Assembly: GCF_000737315.1 (NCBI RefSeq)
Contig: NZ_JMCB01000028.1
Location: forward strand, 1-64,000
Length of the DNA: 64,000 nucleotides
Source: Hyalangium minutum
GTDB lineage: Bacteria; Myxococcota; Myxococcia; Myxococcales; Myxococcaceae
Direction of reading: 5' to 3'
Made by a program: the position numbers and the translations under genes. Under the pieces are notes generated by a model that searched no databases, had not been told where the DNA came from, and saw only the letters and a program-made list of their open reading frames with translations. Position 1 is the stretch's first letter. Each line of letters starts with the position of its first letter. Positions 1 through 10,299 of the stretch are shown piece after piece.

Positions 1-1
1 C

Positions 2-112
2 TTCACCCCGTCGGGCGGTGGCTTCTACCGGATGCTCCTGCGTGAATCGATCACCCCCAAGAATCTCCTGCTGAACCGGCAGTTCGCACCCATCACCCCG
101 GGCGGAGGCTGA
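2..112 (+). CDS. 3' end of an upstream gene, probably a PilW-like minor pilin (partial)
   Basis: Open frame from the window edge (FTPSGGGFYRMLLRESITPKNLLLNRQFAPITPGGG) to TGA at 110-112, 5 bp before the pilX ATG. Identity is inferred from position only. Confidence 0.55.
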   Translation, partial: FTPSGGGFYRMLLRESITPKNLLLNRQFAPITPGGG

Positions 113-117
113 GCCCC

Positions 118-591
118 ATGTCCCTGAAGATTCCCACCCCTCGCGGCATGGCGCTGGTGATGGCCATGATCGTCGTCGTGCTCATCACCCTGCTGGTGGC
201 CGGCGCCATCTCCTTCACCGGCACCGAGCGCGCCGCCTCCGAAATCCAGGCCGAGGAGGACTACATGTCCTCGTGCGTCCAGGCTGCTCGCAACCTGTTC
301 ATCTCCCGCATGAACATGCTGGATGCGGCAGGCCCCTCCACCATCAAGTTCAAGGAAGATCTGCGCGGCGTAAAGCTCGCCACGGGCCACTTCGGCCGGC
401 TCGAAGAGGTGAGCGCCACGGACGTGTCCGGCGCCATGAAGGACCCCAACCGGGATGTCCAGGACATCTCCAACACCAACACCGTCAAGCCGACCACCAA
501 GTTCTACACCGTCACCGCGGTCTGCAAAGAGACCGAAGACCCCACCAGCCCCGAGCGCGAGATCGAGTTCATGGTCCGAGTGGGCCTGTAG
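118..591 (+). CDS. pilX: PilX-like minor pilin
   Basis: Prepilin-type N-terminus PRG|MALVMAMIVVVLITLLV lacking Glu+5, which is typical of PilX; lies directly upstream of pilY1. Confidence 0.75.
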   Translation: MSLKIPTPRGMALVMAMIVVVLITLLVAGAISFTGTERAASEIQAEEDYMSSCVQAARNLFISRMNMLDAAGPSTIKFKEDLRGVKLATGHFGRLEEVSATDVSGAMKDPNRDVQDISNTNTVKPTTKFYTVTAVCKETEDPTSPEREIEFMVRVGL

Positions 592-617
592 AATCGATTC
601 CGAAGGAGAAACCCCCA

Positions 618-3600
618 ATGCACTCCTGGACTCCCATCCTCCGTCGTGCCGGCCTGGGCCTTGTCGTCCTCGGCCTGGTCACCGCCGCGCATGCCCAGAA
701 CAACCTGGGCAACGCGGGCGCAACCCCCGCCGACAGCACGGCCTGCTGCCAGCTCACCACGTCGATGATCAACGACGTGCTGCGCGGCATGGACGTGTCG
801 GGCGACGAGCGCTTCTTCAGCGCCGAGGGCGCCCCGCCCAACATCCACTTCCTGCTCGATACCTCGGGCTCCATGCGTGAGCTGCCACAGGTGGAGAACA
901 GCGACCACGCCACCTTCTTCACCATCACCACGAACGGGTGCCAGAACCCGCGGCTGGATGCATTCGCGGCCAGCCGGGGCTGGAATCCGACCACCGTGTA
1001 CCCGGTGCCGGACCTGGGGACGCAAGAGGGCTCGGACACGGGCTTCCCCAACCTGTTCCAGGACGACAAGTTCTACGGCTGGATGTACTGGGCGGACCTG
1101 AGCAACCCGCCGACGCAGTGGAACTCCAAGGAGCACGCCTGCCAGTCGCAGGTGCCCAACTGGTCCAACACCACGGGCGCCGCCGAGTATGCGCGCTGCC
1201 TCACGTGCCTGAGCACCAAGGGCTACTACAAGGTGCCGGGCACCATTGGCCGTAACACGCCGCCCCTCGAGAACCTGAACTTCATGTTCTGGGGCCGCTA
1301 CCTCAACTTCAATCCGCCCAAGTACGTCACCGCCAAGGCGGTGCTCAAGTCCGTCATCAAGGACCTGCGCCGCGTGCGCGCGGGCATCAGCTACTTCTCC
1401 AACAGCGCGCCCAACACCGTGCTGCTCCGCGGGCAGAACCCCTCGTGCTCGCAGATCATCAACGACGCGAGCTCCTTCGACAGCAACCGCGCCAGCTACA
1501 TCAACGCGGTCAACGGGCTGACGTTCACCACCGGTACGCCGCTGGCGCGCTCGCTGCTGAACGTGGGCTACTACTTCACCTCGGATGACGCCATCTACCG
1601 GGACGTCTTTGGCTTCGGCACCAGCGGTTACAGCTACCCAGCCGCCTACAAGAACACCTCGCTCAACGCGCAGGGCCGCAGCGTGTGCTGGGGCTGCCAG
1701 GTGTCCTCCGTCATCGTCATCACGGACGGTGAGCCCTCCGGCGACACGCTGAGCGCCACGGCGGTCACCAAGCTGCGCACGGTCAACGGCGGCCCGGTGT
1801 ACTGCCCGGACGCCACGCCGTGCGGCGGAGGCACCATCGCCACCCGTGACAAGGGCACCGACCCCGCCGTCTACACGGACGACAACCAGAACTACCTGCT
1901 GGATGACGTGGCGAAGATGCTCTTCAATCAGGACTTGCAGCGCAACAACCCGCCCATCGTCGGAGACTTCAACACCGCCGGCCGGCAGAACGTGCTCACG
2001 TACACGGTGGGCTTCGGCATCAACAGCCCCTTCCTGAAGAACACGGCCGACGTGGGCGGCGGCCTCTACTACACGGCGGATGACGCCACCGGCCTGAAGC
2101 AGGCGCTGATGTCCATCATCACCAACGTGCAGACGCGCGCCACCTCGTTCTCGAGCCCGGCGGCCAGCACGCTCCAGGTGCGCAGCGCCAGTGCCACGCT
2201 GATTCCCCGCTTCAAGCCGGCGCGCTCGCAGACGGCGCCGTGGCAGGGCTTCCTCTACCGCTTCAAGGAGGGCAAGGAGCGCCTGCTGGGCTGCAACCCG
2301 ACGGACCCCACCGCGGGTGGCGATCTGAACGAGGACGGCGACTGCAACGACACGCTGCTCATCGACGCCTCGGACAAAGCCATCATCGAGAACGACGAGG
2401 GTAACTTCATCCGGCTGCTGGACTCTCAGCAGGGCATCGTCACCCCCGCCACACCCTTCTGGGAGGCGGGCGAGAAGCTGACGGACGGGGCCAACCACAA
2501 GAAGTGGATGACCCGGAAGATCTACACCATCATCGACAGCAACCACGACGGCAAGGTGGATTTCCGGGACACGCCCATCCCGTTCGACGTGGCGCACGCC
2601 GCGGATCTGCTCGAGTTCTTGGGCATCAGCCAGAACCCCAACGACTGCGCGGAGCTGGCCGCGAGCCTGGGCATGCTGCCCGGTGCCCTGCCGCCGCTCG
2701 CCTGCGCCGAGCTGATCATCAAGTGGTACCGCGGCGCGGACGTGCTCAACATCGATCCGGCCCAGCACGACAAGGACCGCGCCTTCCTGCTGCACGACAT
2801 CTTCCACTCGTCGCCGGTGACCGTGGATCCGCCCATCCCCGCGCGCTTCTGCGGCTTCTCGCAGCAGTGCCTCACGTCGCTGTTCACCGGGATGACCCCG
2901 CAGACGACGGACGACGCCAACGCGGAGGGCAAGGCGTACGACCTGTACCAGGCGGACAAAGAGGACCGGGACAAGATCGTCCTCGTGGGCAGCAACGGCG
3001 GCATGCTGCACGCGTTCCACAACGGCCGGGCGAAGACTCCGGCGGAGACAGACTCGCTCACGGGCCAGCGCATGTATGACGACGGCACGGGCGAGGAGCT
3101 GTGGGCCTTCGTCCCGCCGGACCTGCTGCCCAAGCTGCGCGGCAACATGGGCAAGCACGCCTACTTCGTGGACGGCACGCCGATGGTCCGCGACGTGTGG
3201 ATGGACGGCGTGGACGGCGCGCCGGACGGCAAGAAGCAGCCCAACGAGTACCGCACGGTGGCCATCGTGGGCACCGGCCGCGGCGGCGTGCACCGCTTCG
3301 CGCTGGATCTGACGCGCCTGCTGGGCGACGCCCCGGACGAGGGCGCCGGCAACGTGCCGAACGCGGCGGGAGACTTCCTGTGGATGTGGCCGCAGCCGTG
3401 CGATCCGCTGGCGCTGCAGGTGGGCGAGAGCTTCTCCAACTTCGCGCCCCGCTCGCCGCCCATCGGTCCCGTGGCGCTCGGCCCGGTCGCGGATGATGCC
3501 CTGCGCACCACCTATGGCCTGCCCGCGGGCAGTGCGGTCACCCCGTGGAAGATCGTCTCCCCGAACGACGCGCGCGAGCGCTGGGTGGTGGCCTTCAACG

Positions 3601-5096
3601 GCGGGTTCGACGCGCAAATGCTGCGCGGCCGCGGCTTCGCCATCGTGGACATCCGCACGGGTCACACCGTCTGGAGCTACTTCTACGGAGACGACACCAC
3701 CCAGAACCCCCGCTCGGAGAACCTGAAGTACCCGATTGGCGCGGGCCTCGCGATGATGGACATCGGTCCAGCCAACAACTCGCCGCTGGACATCGATCAG
3801 CTGTTCGACTCGGCCACGGTGGGCGACTACGGCGGGCAGCTGTGGATGATCCGCATGTGGAAGCCGGGCGAGTGGGACGCGACACGCCAGCAGGTGAAGA
3901 ACTGGTTTGCCGCACGCGCCTTCCGCGTGGCGAACCTGGCGGGCCGGTCGGGTGATGCGGACGCCATGCGCGCGCCCTTCACCTACACGACCGTCAACGC
4001 CCTGCAGCCCGCCACGGGCTACGTGCGCACCTTCCTGGGCACTGGCGACCGGGAGAACATGCTGGACAAGGGCACCACGTGCCGGCTCTCCAACCCGCGC
4101 GCTTGCGCGGTGCAGGGCTGCGGCGTGAACAACACCCTCACGGTCGAGCGTGGCACGCCGACGACGTACACCACGGCGTACACCACCAACTCCACCTACC
4201 AGAACTTCCACTACAGCGCGGGCAACAGCACCACCAACACCACCCCGACCACGCCCGGTGCCGCGTGCGGTGGCGCCCGCGTGACGATGTCATGGGCCTA
4301 CTCCGCCGCCAACGGGTGCTCCAACACCGACAGCGGCTCGCTCCAGTACACGTGCTCGGGCGACACCTCCACGTGGAACTGCGAGATGACGCAGGACGAC
4401 TGGATTGCGCTCAACTACAACCAGGCCACCGCGCCCTATCCTCAGCGCTACTACGGCCTGTGGACGTATGGCGGGACCGCCGCGCGCAAGTTCGACTCCA
4501 ACGACGAGGCCGTCACCTATGAGGCCGGCATGCTCACGGACACCTCGACGGGCATGGTGAACGTCAGCAACTTCCAGGCGGGCACCCTCGGGGATGCCAC
4601 CGCGGGCCGGGTCACCAGCAACCCCTCGGCCTCGTCGGATGGCCCGGGTTGGTTCATCGAGTACGCGGCCAACAATGAGCGCACCGGCACCTCGGGTAAC
4701 CTCATTGCCGGCTGCGTGCTGTGGAGCTCGTTCGAGCCCAGCGGCGCCTCGGGCGCGGTGTGCTCGACGACGGGAACCAACATCGCCCGCCTGTACCAGG
4801 CCAACTTCGCCACCGGCGAGGCCAACTGCGCGCTGAGCTTCTACGCGTCCTCCTCGGACCAGTGGAACCGGTACAAGTTGACCACCACGGTGGCCGCTCC
4901 GGCCGAGCCCGCGATGCAGGTGGGCATCGGTGGCGGCATCGTCACCGTGGATGCCAACCAGCAGGGCCCTGGCCAGCAGGACACCACCGCGGTCCAGAAG
5001 ACGGACGAGGGCGTGAAGTCGCTGTACCAGATCGAACTCGACCGGCAAGGCCACGACTGCCGGCATGATGGGAACCTGGGCGCATGCGACAACTGA
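618..5096 (+). CDS. pilY1: PilY1/PilC type IV pilus tip adhesin (signal peptide, vWA domain, C-terminal beta-propeller)
   Basis: ATG 618 with GAAGGAG RBS. vWA MIDAS motif (FLLDTSGSM ... ITDGEP). PilY1 propeller motifs (VGSNGGMLHAF, GEELWAFVP, YFVDGTP). The ORF-track start at 273 is an overextension into pilX. Confidence 0.9.
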   Translation: MHSWTPILRRAGLGLVVLGLVTAAHAQNNLGNAGATPADSTACCQLTTSMINDVLRGMDVSGDERFFSAEGAPPNIHFLLDTSGSMRELPQVENSDHATFFTITTNGCQNPRLDAFAASRGWNPTTVYPVPDLGTQEGSDTGFPNLFQDDKFYGWMYWADLSNPPTQWNSKEHACQSQVPNWSNTTGAAEYARCLTCLSTKGYYKVPGTIGRNTPPLENLNFMFWGRYLNFNPPKYVTAKAVLKSVIKDLRRVRAGISYFSNSAPNTVLLRGQNPSCSQIINDASSFDSNRASYINAVNGLTFTTGTPLARSLLNVGYYFTSDDAIYRDVFGFGTSGYSYPAAYKNTSLNAQGRSVCWGCQVSSVIVITDGEPSGDTLSATAVTKLRTVNGGPVYCPDATPCGGGTIATRDKGTDPAVYTDDNQNYLLDDVAKMLFNQDLQRNNPPIVGDFNTAGRQNVLTYTVGFGINSPFLKNTADVGGGLYYTADDATGLKQALMSIITNVQTRATSFSSPAASTLQVRSASATLIPRFKPARSQTAPWQGFLYRFKEGKERLLGCNPTDPTAGGDLNEDGDCNDTLLIDASDKAIIENDEGNFIRLLDSQQGIVTPATPFWEAGEKLTDGANHKKWMTRKIYTIIDSNHDGKVDFRDTPIPFDVAHAADLLEFLGISQNPNDCAELAASLGMLPGALPPLACAELIIKWYRGADVLNIDPAQHDKDRAFLLHDIFHSSPVTVDPPIPARFCGFSQQCLTSLFTGMTPQTTDDANAEGKAYDLYQADKEDRDKIVLVGSNGGMLHAFHNGRAKTPAETDSLTGQRMYDDGTGEELWAFVPPDLLPKLRGNMGKHAYFVDGTPMVRDVWMDGVDGAPDGKKQPNEYRTVAIVGTGRGGVHRFALDLTRLLGDAPDEGAGNVPNAAGDFLWMWPQPCDPLALQVGESFSNFAPRSPPIGPVALGPVADDALRTTYGLPAGSAVTPWKIVSPNDARERWVVAFNGGFDAQMLRGRGFAIVDIRTGHTVWSYFYGDDTTQNPRSENLKYPIGAGLAMMDIGPANNSPLDIDQLFDSATVGDYGGQLWMIRMWKPGEWDATRQQVKNWFAARAFRVANLAGRSGDADAMRAPFTYTTVNALQPATGYVRTFLGTGDRENMLDKGTTCRLSNPRACAVQGCGVNNTLTVERGTPTTYTTAYTTNSTYQNFHYSAGNSTTNTTPTTPGAACGGARVTMSWAYSAANGCSNTDSGSLQYTCSGDTSTWNCEMTQDDWIALNYNQATAPYPQRYYGLWTYGGTAARKFDSNDEAVTYEAGMLTDTSTGMVNVSNFQAGTLGDATAGRVTSNPSASSDGPGWFIEYAANNERTGTSGNLIAGCVLWSSFEPSGASGAVCSTTGTNIARLYQANFATGEANCALSFYASSSDQWNRYKLTTTVAAPAEPAMQVGIGGGIVTVDANQQGPGQQDTTAVQKTDEGVKSLYQIELDRQGHDCRHDGNLGACDN

Positions 5097-5110
5097 GCCT
5101 GACCTGGAGA

Positions 5111-5551
5111 ATGGCGGCGCTCTCTGGAGCGCTGCTCTGGGGGGCCTGCTCCAAGGAGCCGGCCCCGGCCCCTGCCGCACCCGCTGCCGAGCCCGCGCAG
5201 GCCTCCAAGCCTGCCGCGGAGCCGGCCGCCGAGTCCGAGGCCCAAGCCGAGGCTCCCTCGAAGGAGCCCGAGGCCCAGGCCGAGGATGACTCGACGCCAC
5301 CAGAGTTCACCCTGGGCCAGCGCCGCGACGAGGTGATGAAGCTCTTCAAGGACTGCGCCGAGCGCCGGTACTTCGAGCCGCCGGGGCCGGGCAAGCTGTA
5401 CGTGGAGATCTACCAGCCCAAGGACACCGAGGCCTGCAAGCAGCGCCTGGGCGAGCGGCAGTTCATGATTCGGGGGGGCCTGCTGCACCAAATCACCCCC
5501 GGGCTGATTCCTCCGGAGCCTCCGCGCTCCGAGCCCCCCGAGGGCTCCTGA
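5111..5551 (+). CDS. Lipoprotein with Pro/Ala/Glu-rich linker and small two-Cys domain
   Basis: ATG 5111 after GGAGA; lipobox LWGA|C; myxobacterial codon usage; starts 14 bp after the pilY1 stop. Confidence 0.7.
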   Translation: MAALSGALLWGACSKEPAPAPAAPAAEPAQASKPAAEPAAESEAQAEAPSKEPEAQAEDDSTPPEFTLGQRRDEVMKLFKDCAERRYFEPPGPGKLYVEIYQPKDTEACKQRLGERQFMIRGGLLHQITPGLIPPEPPRSEPPEGS

Positions 5552-5586
5552 GCCCGGCCTGAAGTGTCTCACCGCCCGCCTCTCCC

Positions 5587-5604
5587 CCCTCCCCAGAGGG
5601 AGGG
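5587..5604 (+). terminator. GC-rich hairpin after the pilY1 cluster (terminator or REP-like)
   Basis: CCCTCCC-caga-GGGAGGG is a perfect 7-bp stem; no U-tract follows. Confidence 0.35.
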
Positions 5605-5737
5605 AGGGGTGGGCCCCCCGGGGTTCCGCCCCGGCTCCTCGTGTCCACGAGTCGAGCCCTGGCGTCGAGCCCGTTGATTTCCCGGACCACCCGGCGTAGG
5701 CAACCCCCCTCTTTCTTCACCACGAGGGTTGCTGCAC

Positions 5738-7171
5738 ATGGCCGAGAAGCTCCTTGCCCGAGAGAAGGGCTTTTCCGAGTGGTACGTCGATCTCGTCCTG
5801 AAGGCGAAGCTCGCCGACTATTCGGACGTGAAGGGCTGCATGGTCATCCGGCCCAACGGCTACGCGCTGTGGGAGAACATGCAGCGCGTGCTGGACAAGA
5901 TGTTCAAGGACCTGGGCCACAAGAACGCCTACTTCCCGCTGCTCATCCCCGAGAGCTACCTGAAGAAGGAAGCCGAGCACGTGGAGGGCTTCAATCCCCA
6001 GTTGGCCGTCGTCACCCACGCGGGCGGCGCCAAGCTCGAGGAGCCCCTCATCATCCGGCCCACCTCCGAGACGATCATCAACCGCAGCTTCGCCAAGTGG
6101 ATCCAGAGCTACCGGGACTTGCCGCTGCTCATCAACCAGTGGGCGAACGTGATGCGCTGGGAGATGCGCACGCGGCTGTTCCTGCGCACCACCGAGTTCC
6201 TCTGGCAGGAGGGCCACACCTGCCACGAGACGGAGGAGGACGCGGAGAAGGAGACGCTGCAGATGCTGGAGGTGTACCGGACGTTCGCCGAGGACTACAT
6301 GGCGATGCCGGTGCTCACGGGCCGCAAGAGCGAGACGGAGAAGTTCGCCGGCGCGCTGCGCACTTACTCCATCGAAGCGATGATGCAGGACAAGAAGGCG
6401 CTGCAGGCGGGCACCAGCCACAACCTGGGGCAGAACTTCGCCAAGGCCTTCGAGACACAGTTCCAGGGCCGGGACGGCAAGCAGCACCACGTGTGGCAGA
6501 CGTCCTGGGGCGTGTCCACGCGCCTCATCGGCGGCCTCATCATGACGCACTCGGATGACGCGGGGCTCATCGTCCCGCCGCGGCTGGCGGCCACGCACGT
6601 GGTGGTCATCCCCATCCTGGGCAAGGCGTCGGATGCGGAGAAGGCGCAGGTGCTGGAGAAGGCGCAGGCGGTGACGGCGGACCTGCGCAAGAACGGGCTG
6701 AACGTGGTGCTGGACGACGACGACACCAAGAGCCCGGGCTTCAAGTACAACGAGCACGAGCTCATCGGCACGTGCCTGCGGCTGGAGCTGGGCCCCAAGG
6801 ACCTGGCGAAGGACTCGTGCGTGATGGTGCGCCGGGACTTGAAGCAGAAGGAGTTCGTCCCGCTGGGCCAGGCCGTGGAGAAGGCCAAGGCGATGCTGGA
6901 CCAGATGCAGGCGGACCTGTTCAACAAGGCCAAGTCCTTCCGCGACCAGCACACCTTCGAGGTGAACTCCTACGAGGAGATGCAGAAGCGCGCCGAGGAC
7001 GGCTTCATGCTGGCGCACTGGTGCGAGAAGCCCGCCTGCGAGACGAAGGCGAAGAACGACATGGCGGCCACCACGCGCTGCCGGCCCTTCGACTTGAAGC
7101 AGGAGCCGGGCAAGTGCGTGGTGTGCGGCGACCCCTCGCCGGGCCGCATCGTCTTCTCCAAGGCCTACTGA
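5738..7171 (+). CDS. proS: Proline--tRNA ligase (archaeal/eukaryote-like ProRS type)
   Basis: Motifs [47 protein letters not shown]; anticodon-binding domain; C-terminal Cys-rich region. Confidence 0.97.
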   Translation: MAEKLLAREKGFSEWYVDLVLKAKLADYSDVKGCMVIRPNGYALWENMQRVLDKMFKDLGHKNAYFPLLIPESYLKKEAEHVEGFNPQLAVVTHAGGAKLEEPLIIRPTSETIINRSFAKWIQSYRDLPLLINQWANVMRWEMRTRLFLRTTEFLWQEGHTCHETEEDAEKETLQMLEVYRTFAEDYMAMPVLTGRKSETEKFAGALRTYSIEAMMQDKKALQAGTSHNLGQNFAKAFETQFQGRDGKQHHVWQTSWGVSTRLIGGLIMTHSDDAGLIVPPRLAATHVVVIPILGKASDAEKAQVLEKAQAVTADLRKNGLNVVLDDDDTKSPGFKYNEHELIGTCLRLELGPKDLAKDSCVMVRRDLKQKEFVPLGQAVEKAKAMLDQMQADLFNKAKSFRDQHTFEVNSYEEMQKRAEDGFMLAHWCEKPACETKAKNDMAATTRCRPFDLKQEPGKCVVCGDPSPGRIVFSKAY

Positions 7172-8412
7172 GCCGCGGCGCGGGAGGCCGGAGCACGCTG
7201 GGGCATGAAGGTGGCCACGGGCTCCGGCTTTCCCTGCACGGACAGCGGCTGGGCGGCGGTGAACTCGAAGTCCGTCCCGCACCGCGCCTGCGTCGCCCCC
7301 GTCACCAGCATCGGGACGCCCACCTTCTTGGTGAGGCCCTCGATGCGGCTGGCCAGGTTCACCGCGTCCCCTATCACCGTGTACTCGCGGCGCTGCTCGG
7401 GGCCGATGGTGCCCACCACCACCCGGCCGGTGTGGATGCCGATGCCGATGTTCAGCGGCTCCTCGCCCCGGCTGGCCCGCGTGGCGTTGAGCTCCTTCAG
7501 GGCCTCGAGCATCTGCAGCCCGCACTCCACCGCGGCCTGCGGGTGCCCAGCCAGCTCCAGCGGCGCTCCGAAGTACGCCAGGATCCCGTCCCCGATGAAC
7601 TTGTCGAGTGTTCCCCCGTTGCGGAACACCACCTCCACCATCTTCGACAGGTACTCGTTGAGCAGCGCCACCACCTGCGGACTCTCCATCCGGTCCGCCA
7701 TCGTCGTGAAGCCCCGGATGTCCGAGAACAGCAGCGTCACCTCACGGTGCTGCCCCGCGTCTCCTCCAGGCCCCTGCTCCGCGATGCGGCTGGCCACCTG
7801 CGGCGAGAAGTAGCGCCCCAGCCGGGCCCGCCTCGCCTGCTCGCGCGTCACGTCATTCACCAGCCCCATCACCTGCCGGCTCACGAACGTCGCCGCCACT
7901 GCCGCCATCACCAGCACGAACACCAGCGCGTACAGATAGGCCTCTCGCGGCATCCCGACGGCTTCGCAGAGCACCACCTCGCAGGCGATCGCCACCCCGG
8001 TGGCCACTGCCACTCCCACCCGCGATAGCCCCAGCATGGCCACGACCACCACCAGCGTGGCGTAGGTGCAGATCGGCATGAGCGCCACCGCCACGGTGTT
8101 GGGCGAGGATTGAAGCGCCGAGAGCTGGATGAGGCAGATGGCCGGCATGTCGATGCCCACCACCCCCAGCGAAGGCCGCTTGCCCAGGGCTGGCAGGCGC
8201 CGCGCTCCAAACCACAGCGCCAGCGCCAGGCCCAGGTAGCCTCCCAGCATCCATGCGGGCGACTTCCAATCGAACACCAGGGCGAACACCCACCACCCCA
8301 AGGCGCCACCCGCGCGGAAGCGGTTGAGCCACTCGCTGACCTGCACCCGCCGCTCATCGAGCCGCTGGTTCAAGAGCTCTTCGAGAGCGGTCTCGGACTG
8401 GTCGAGCAGCAC
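7165..8412 (-). CDS. Membrane-bound class III adenylate/guanylate cyclase, copy 1
   Basis: [38 protein letters not shown]; about 6 N-terminal TM segments. A GTG start at 8412 is chosen because the ORF-track start (8538) overlaps copy 2. Confidence 0.9.
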   Translation of the reverse strand: MLLDQSETALEELLNQRLDERRVQVSEWLNRFRAGGALGWWVFALVFDWKSPAWMLGGYLGLALALWFGARRLPALGKRPSLGVVGIDMPAICLIQLSALQSSPNTVAVALMPICTYATLVVVVAMLGLSRVGVAVATGVAIACEVVLCEAVGMPREAYLYALVFVLVMAAVAATFVSRQVMGLVNDVTREQARRARLGRYFSPQVASRIAEQGPGGDAGQHREVTLLFSDIRGFTTMADRMESPQVVALLNEYLSKMVEVVFRNGGTLDKFIGDGILAYFGAPLELAGHPQAAVECGLQMLEALKELNATRASRGEEPLNIGIGIHTGRVVVGTIGPEQRREYTVIGDAVNLASRIEGLTKKVGVPMLVTGATQARCGTDFEFTAAQPLSVQGKPEPVATFMPQRAPASRAAAQ

Positions 8413-9660
8413 GGCGAGGAGGCGCTCAGCTCGTGGCCTGGCGGGCGCCAGGGCGGCTGGGGACGAAGGTGGCCACGGGCTCCGGCTTTCCCTGCACGGG
8501 CAGCGGCTGGGCGGCGGTAAACTCGAAGTCCGCTCCACACCGCGCCCGCGTCGCCTCGGACACGAGCACCGCGGCTCCGGCCTTCTTGGTGAGGCCCTCG
8601 ATGCGGCTGGCCAGGTTCACCGCGTCCCCTATCACTGTGTACTCGCGGCGCTGGTTGGGTCCCACGTCCCCCACCACCACCCGGCCGGTGTGGATGCCGA
8701 TGCCAATGTTCAACGGCGCCTCGCCTCGGGAGCTCCGCGCGGCATTGAGCGACTCCAGGGCCTCGAGCATCTGCAGCCCGCACTCCACCGCGGCCTGTGG
8801 GTGCCCAGCCAGCTCCAGCGGCGCTCCGAAGTACGCCAGGATCCCGTCCCCGATGAACTTGTCGAGTGTTCCTCCGTTGCGGAACACCACCTCCACCATC
8901 TTCGACAAGTACTCGTTGAGCAGCGCCACCACCTGCGGACTCTCCATCCGGTCCGCCATCGTCGTGAACCCTCGGATGTCCGAGAACAGCAGCGTCACCT
9001 CACGGTGCTGCCCCGCATCTCCGCCGGGCCCCAGCTCCGCGATGCGGCTGGCCACCTGCGGCGAGAAGTAGCGCCCCAGCCGGGCCCGCCTCGCCTGCTC
9101 GCGCGTCACGTCATTCACCAGCCCCATCACCTGCCGGCTCACGAACGTCGCCGCCACTGCCGCCATCACCATCACCAGCACCAGGGGCTGCGGGTACACA
9201 TCCCGAGGAATTTTCGCCTTCTCGCAGAGCGCCACCTCGCAGAGGAGCGCCACGGCGGTGGCCACCGCCACTCCCACCCGCGACAGCCCCAGCATGGCCA
9301 CCGCCATCAGCAGGGTGACGTAGATGCCAATGGGCAGGAGCGCCACCGCCACGGTGTTGGGCGAGGACTCCAGCGCCGAGAGCTGGATGAGGCAGATGGC
9401 CGGCATGTCGATGCTCACCACGCCCAGCGCCGGCCGCGTACCGAGGGCCGGCAGGCGCCGCGCTCCGAACCACAGCGCCAGCGCCAGGCCCAGGTAACCT
9501 CCCAGCATCCACGCCGGCGTCTTCCAGTCGAACGCCAAGGCGAACAACAGCCAGCCCACGGCACCGCCTGCCCGGAAGCGATTGACCCACTCGCTGACCT
9601 GCGCCCGCCGCTCATCGAGCCGGTGGAGCAGCAGTTCATCAATGCCAGACTCGGAGGAAG
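7205..9660. repeat. Tandem gene duplication with a unit of about 1.26 kb
   Basis: 7208 aligns with 8466. The catalytic regions are nearly identical at nucleotide level, while the TM regions are more diverged. Confidence 0.9.
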
Positions 9661-9673
9661 AAGCCGCGGACAC
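8426..9673 (-). CDS. Membrane-bound class III adenylate/guanylate cyclase, copy 2
   Basis: Same catalytic motifs and TM architecture as copy 1. The start is uncertain (GTG 9673 chosen). Confidence 0.9.
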   Translation of the reverse strand: MSAASSSESGIDELLLHRLDERRAQVSEWVNRFRAGGAVGWLLFALAFDWKTPAWMLGGYLGLALALWFGARRLPALGTRPALGVVSIDMPAICLIQLSALESSPNTVAVALLPIGIYVTLLMAVAMLGLSRVGVAVATAVALLCEVALCEKAKIPRDVYPQPLVLVMVMAAVAATFVSRQVMGLVNDVTREQARRARLGRYFSPQVASRIAELGPGGDAGQHREVTLLFSDIRGFTTMADRMESPQVVALLNEYLSKMVEVVFRNGGTLDKFIGDGILAYFGAPLELAGHPQAAVECGLQMLEALESLNAARSSRGEAPLNIGIGIHTGRVVVGDVGPNQRREYTVIGDAVNLASRIEGLTKKAGAAVLVSEATRARCGADFEFTAAQPLPVQGKPEPVATFVPSRPGARQATS

Positions 9674-9768
9674 GGTACCGCGCAGGCTAGCCCAGGCGGC
9701 CCTCCCCTGCCAGGAAGCCGCGGGGCCCCTATGCGCGAGGACAATGTGCAATATCGTGGGGCTCCACC

Positions 9769-10296
9769 ATGGCAAGCATCGGTCACGTCGCAGTGGGCAT
9801 GGCGCTGGGCAGGCACGAGGCAGGGCCCGCCTCGCGAGGCCGCCTGGCCGCCAGCATGGCCCTGTTCTCCGCGCTGGCGCTGCTGCCGGACGCGGACGTC
9901 ATCGCGTTCAAGCTGCGCATCCCCTACGAGGCCACGTGGGGACACCGGGGCGCCTCGCACTCGCTGGTCTTCGCGGCGCTGGTGGCCCTGGCCATCGTCG
10001 GCGTAGCGCGCCTGCTCCGCCTGCCGCCCGGGCGCACGGGGCTCCTGGCGCTCCTGGCCGTGGCCAGCCATGGGCTGCTGGACTCGCTCACGGATGGCGG
10101 GCTCGGGGCGGCCCTGCTCTGGCCGTTCTCGAATGAGCGGCTCTTCGCGCCGTGGCGCCCCCTGCCCGTGGCGCCCATCGGCACCCGCATGTTCTCCGGG
10201 CGCGGGCTGTACGTGGTCGTGGTGGAGTTCTTCGCCTTCCTCCCCTTCTGGGCCTTCGCGCTCTGGCCACGGCGGCGCGCGGCCTCGGAGCCCTGA
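9769..10296 (+). CDS. YdjM-family membrane metal-dependent hydrolase
   Basis: Motifs GH...LPDADV...HRGASHSL...SHGLLDSLT...G..LLWPF. Confidence 0.88.
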   Translation: MASIGHVAVGMALGRHEAGPASRGRLAASMALFSALALLPDADVIAFKLRIPYEATWGHRGASHSLVFAALVALAIVGVARLLRLPPGRTGLLALLAVASHGLLDSLTDGGLGAALLWPFSNERLFAPWRPLPVAPIGTRMFSGRGLYVVVVEFFAFLPFWAFALWPRRRAASEP

Positions 10297-10299
10297 GCC

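Noticed and set aside
273-617. ORF-track N-terminal extensions (also 8538, 16836, 22124, 45203, 60503)
   Set aside because: They overlap neighbouring genes or precede clear RBS and signal-peptide starts.
504-4211. 1235-aa minus-strand ORF
   Set aside because: Antisense shadow of pilY1 caused by high GC3; no domain motifs.
5552-5737. Possible T-box riboswitch before proS
   Set aside because: The leader is short and I saw no T-box consensus, specifier loop or U-rich terminator.
5717-7525. 602-aa minus-strand ORF
   Set aside because: Antisense to proS; low-complexity shadow translation.
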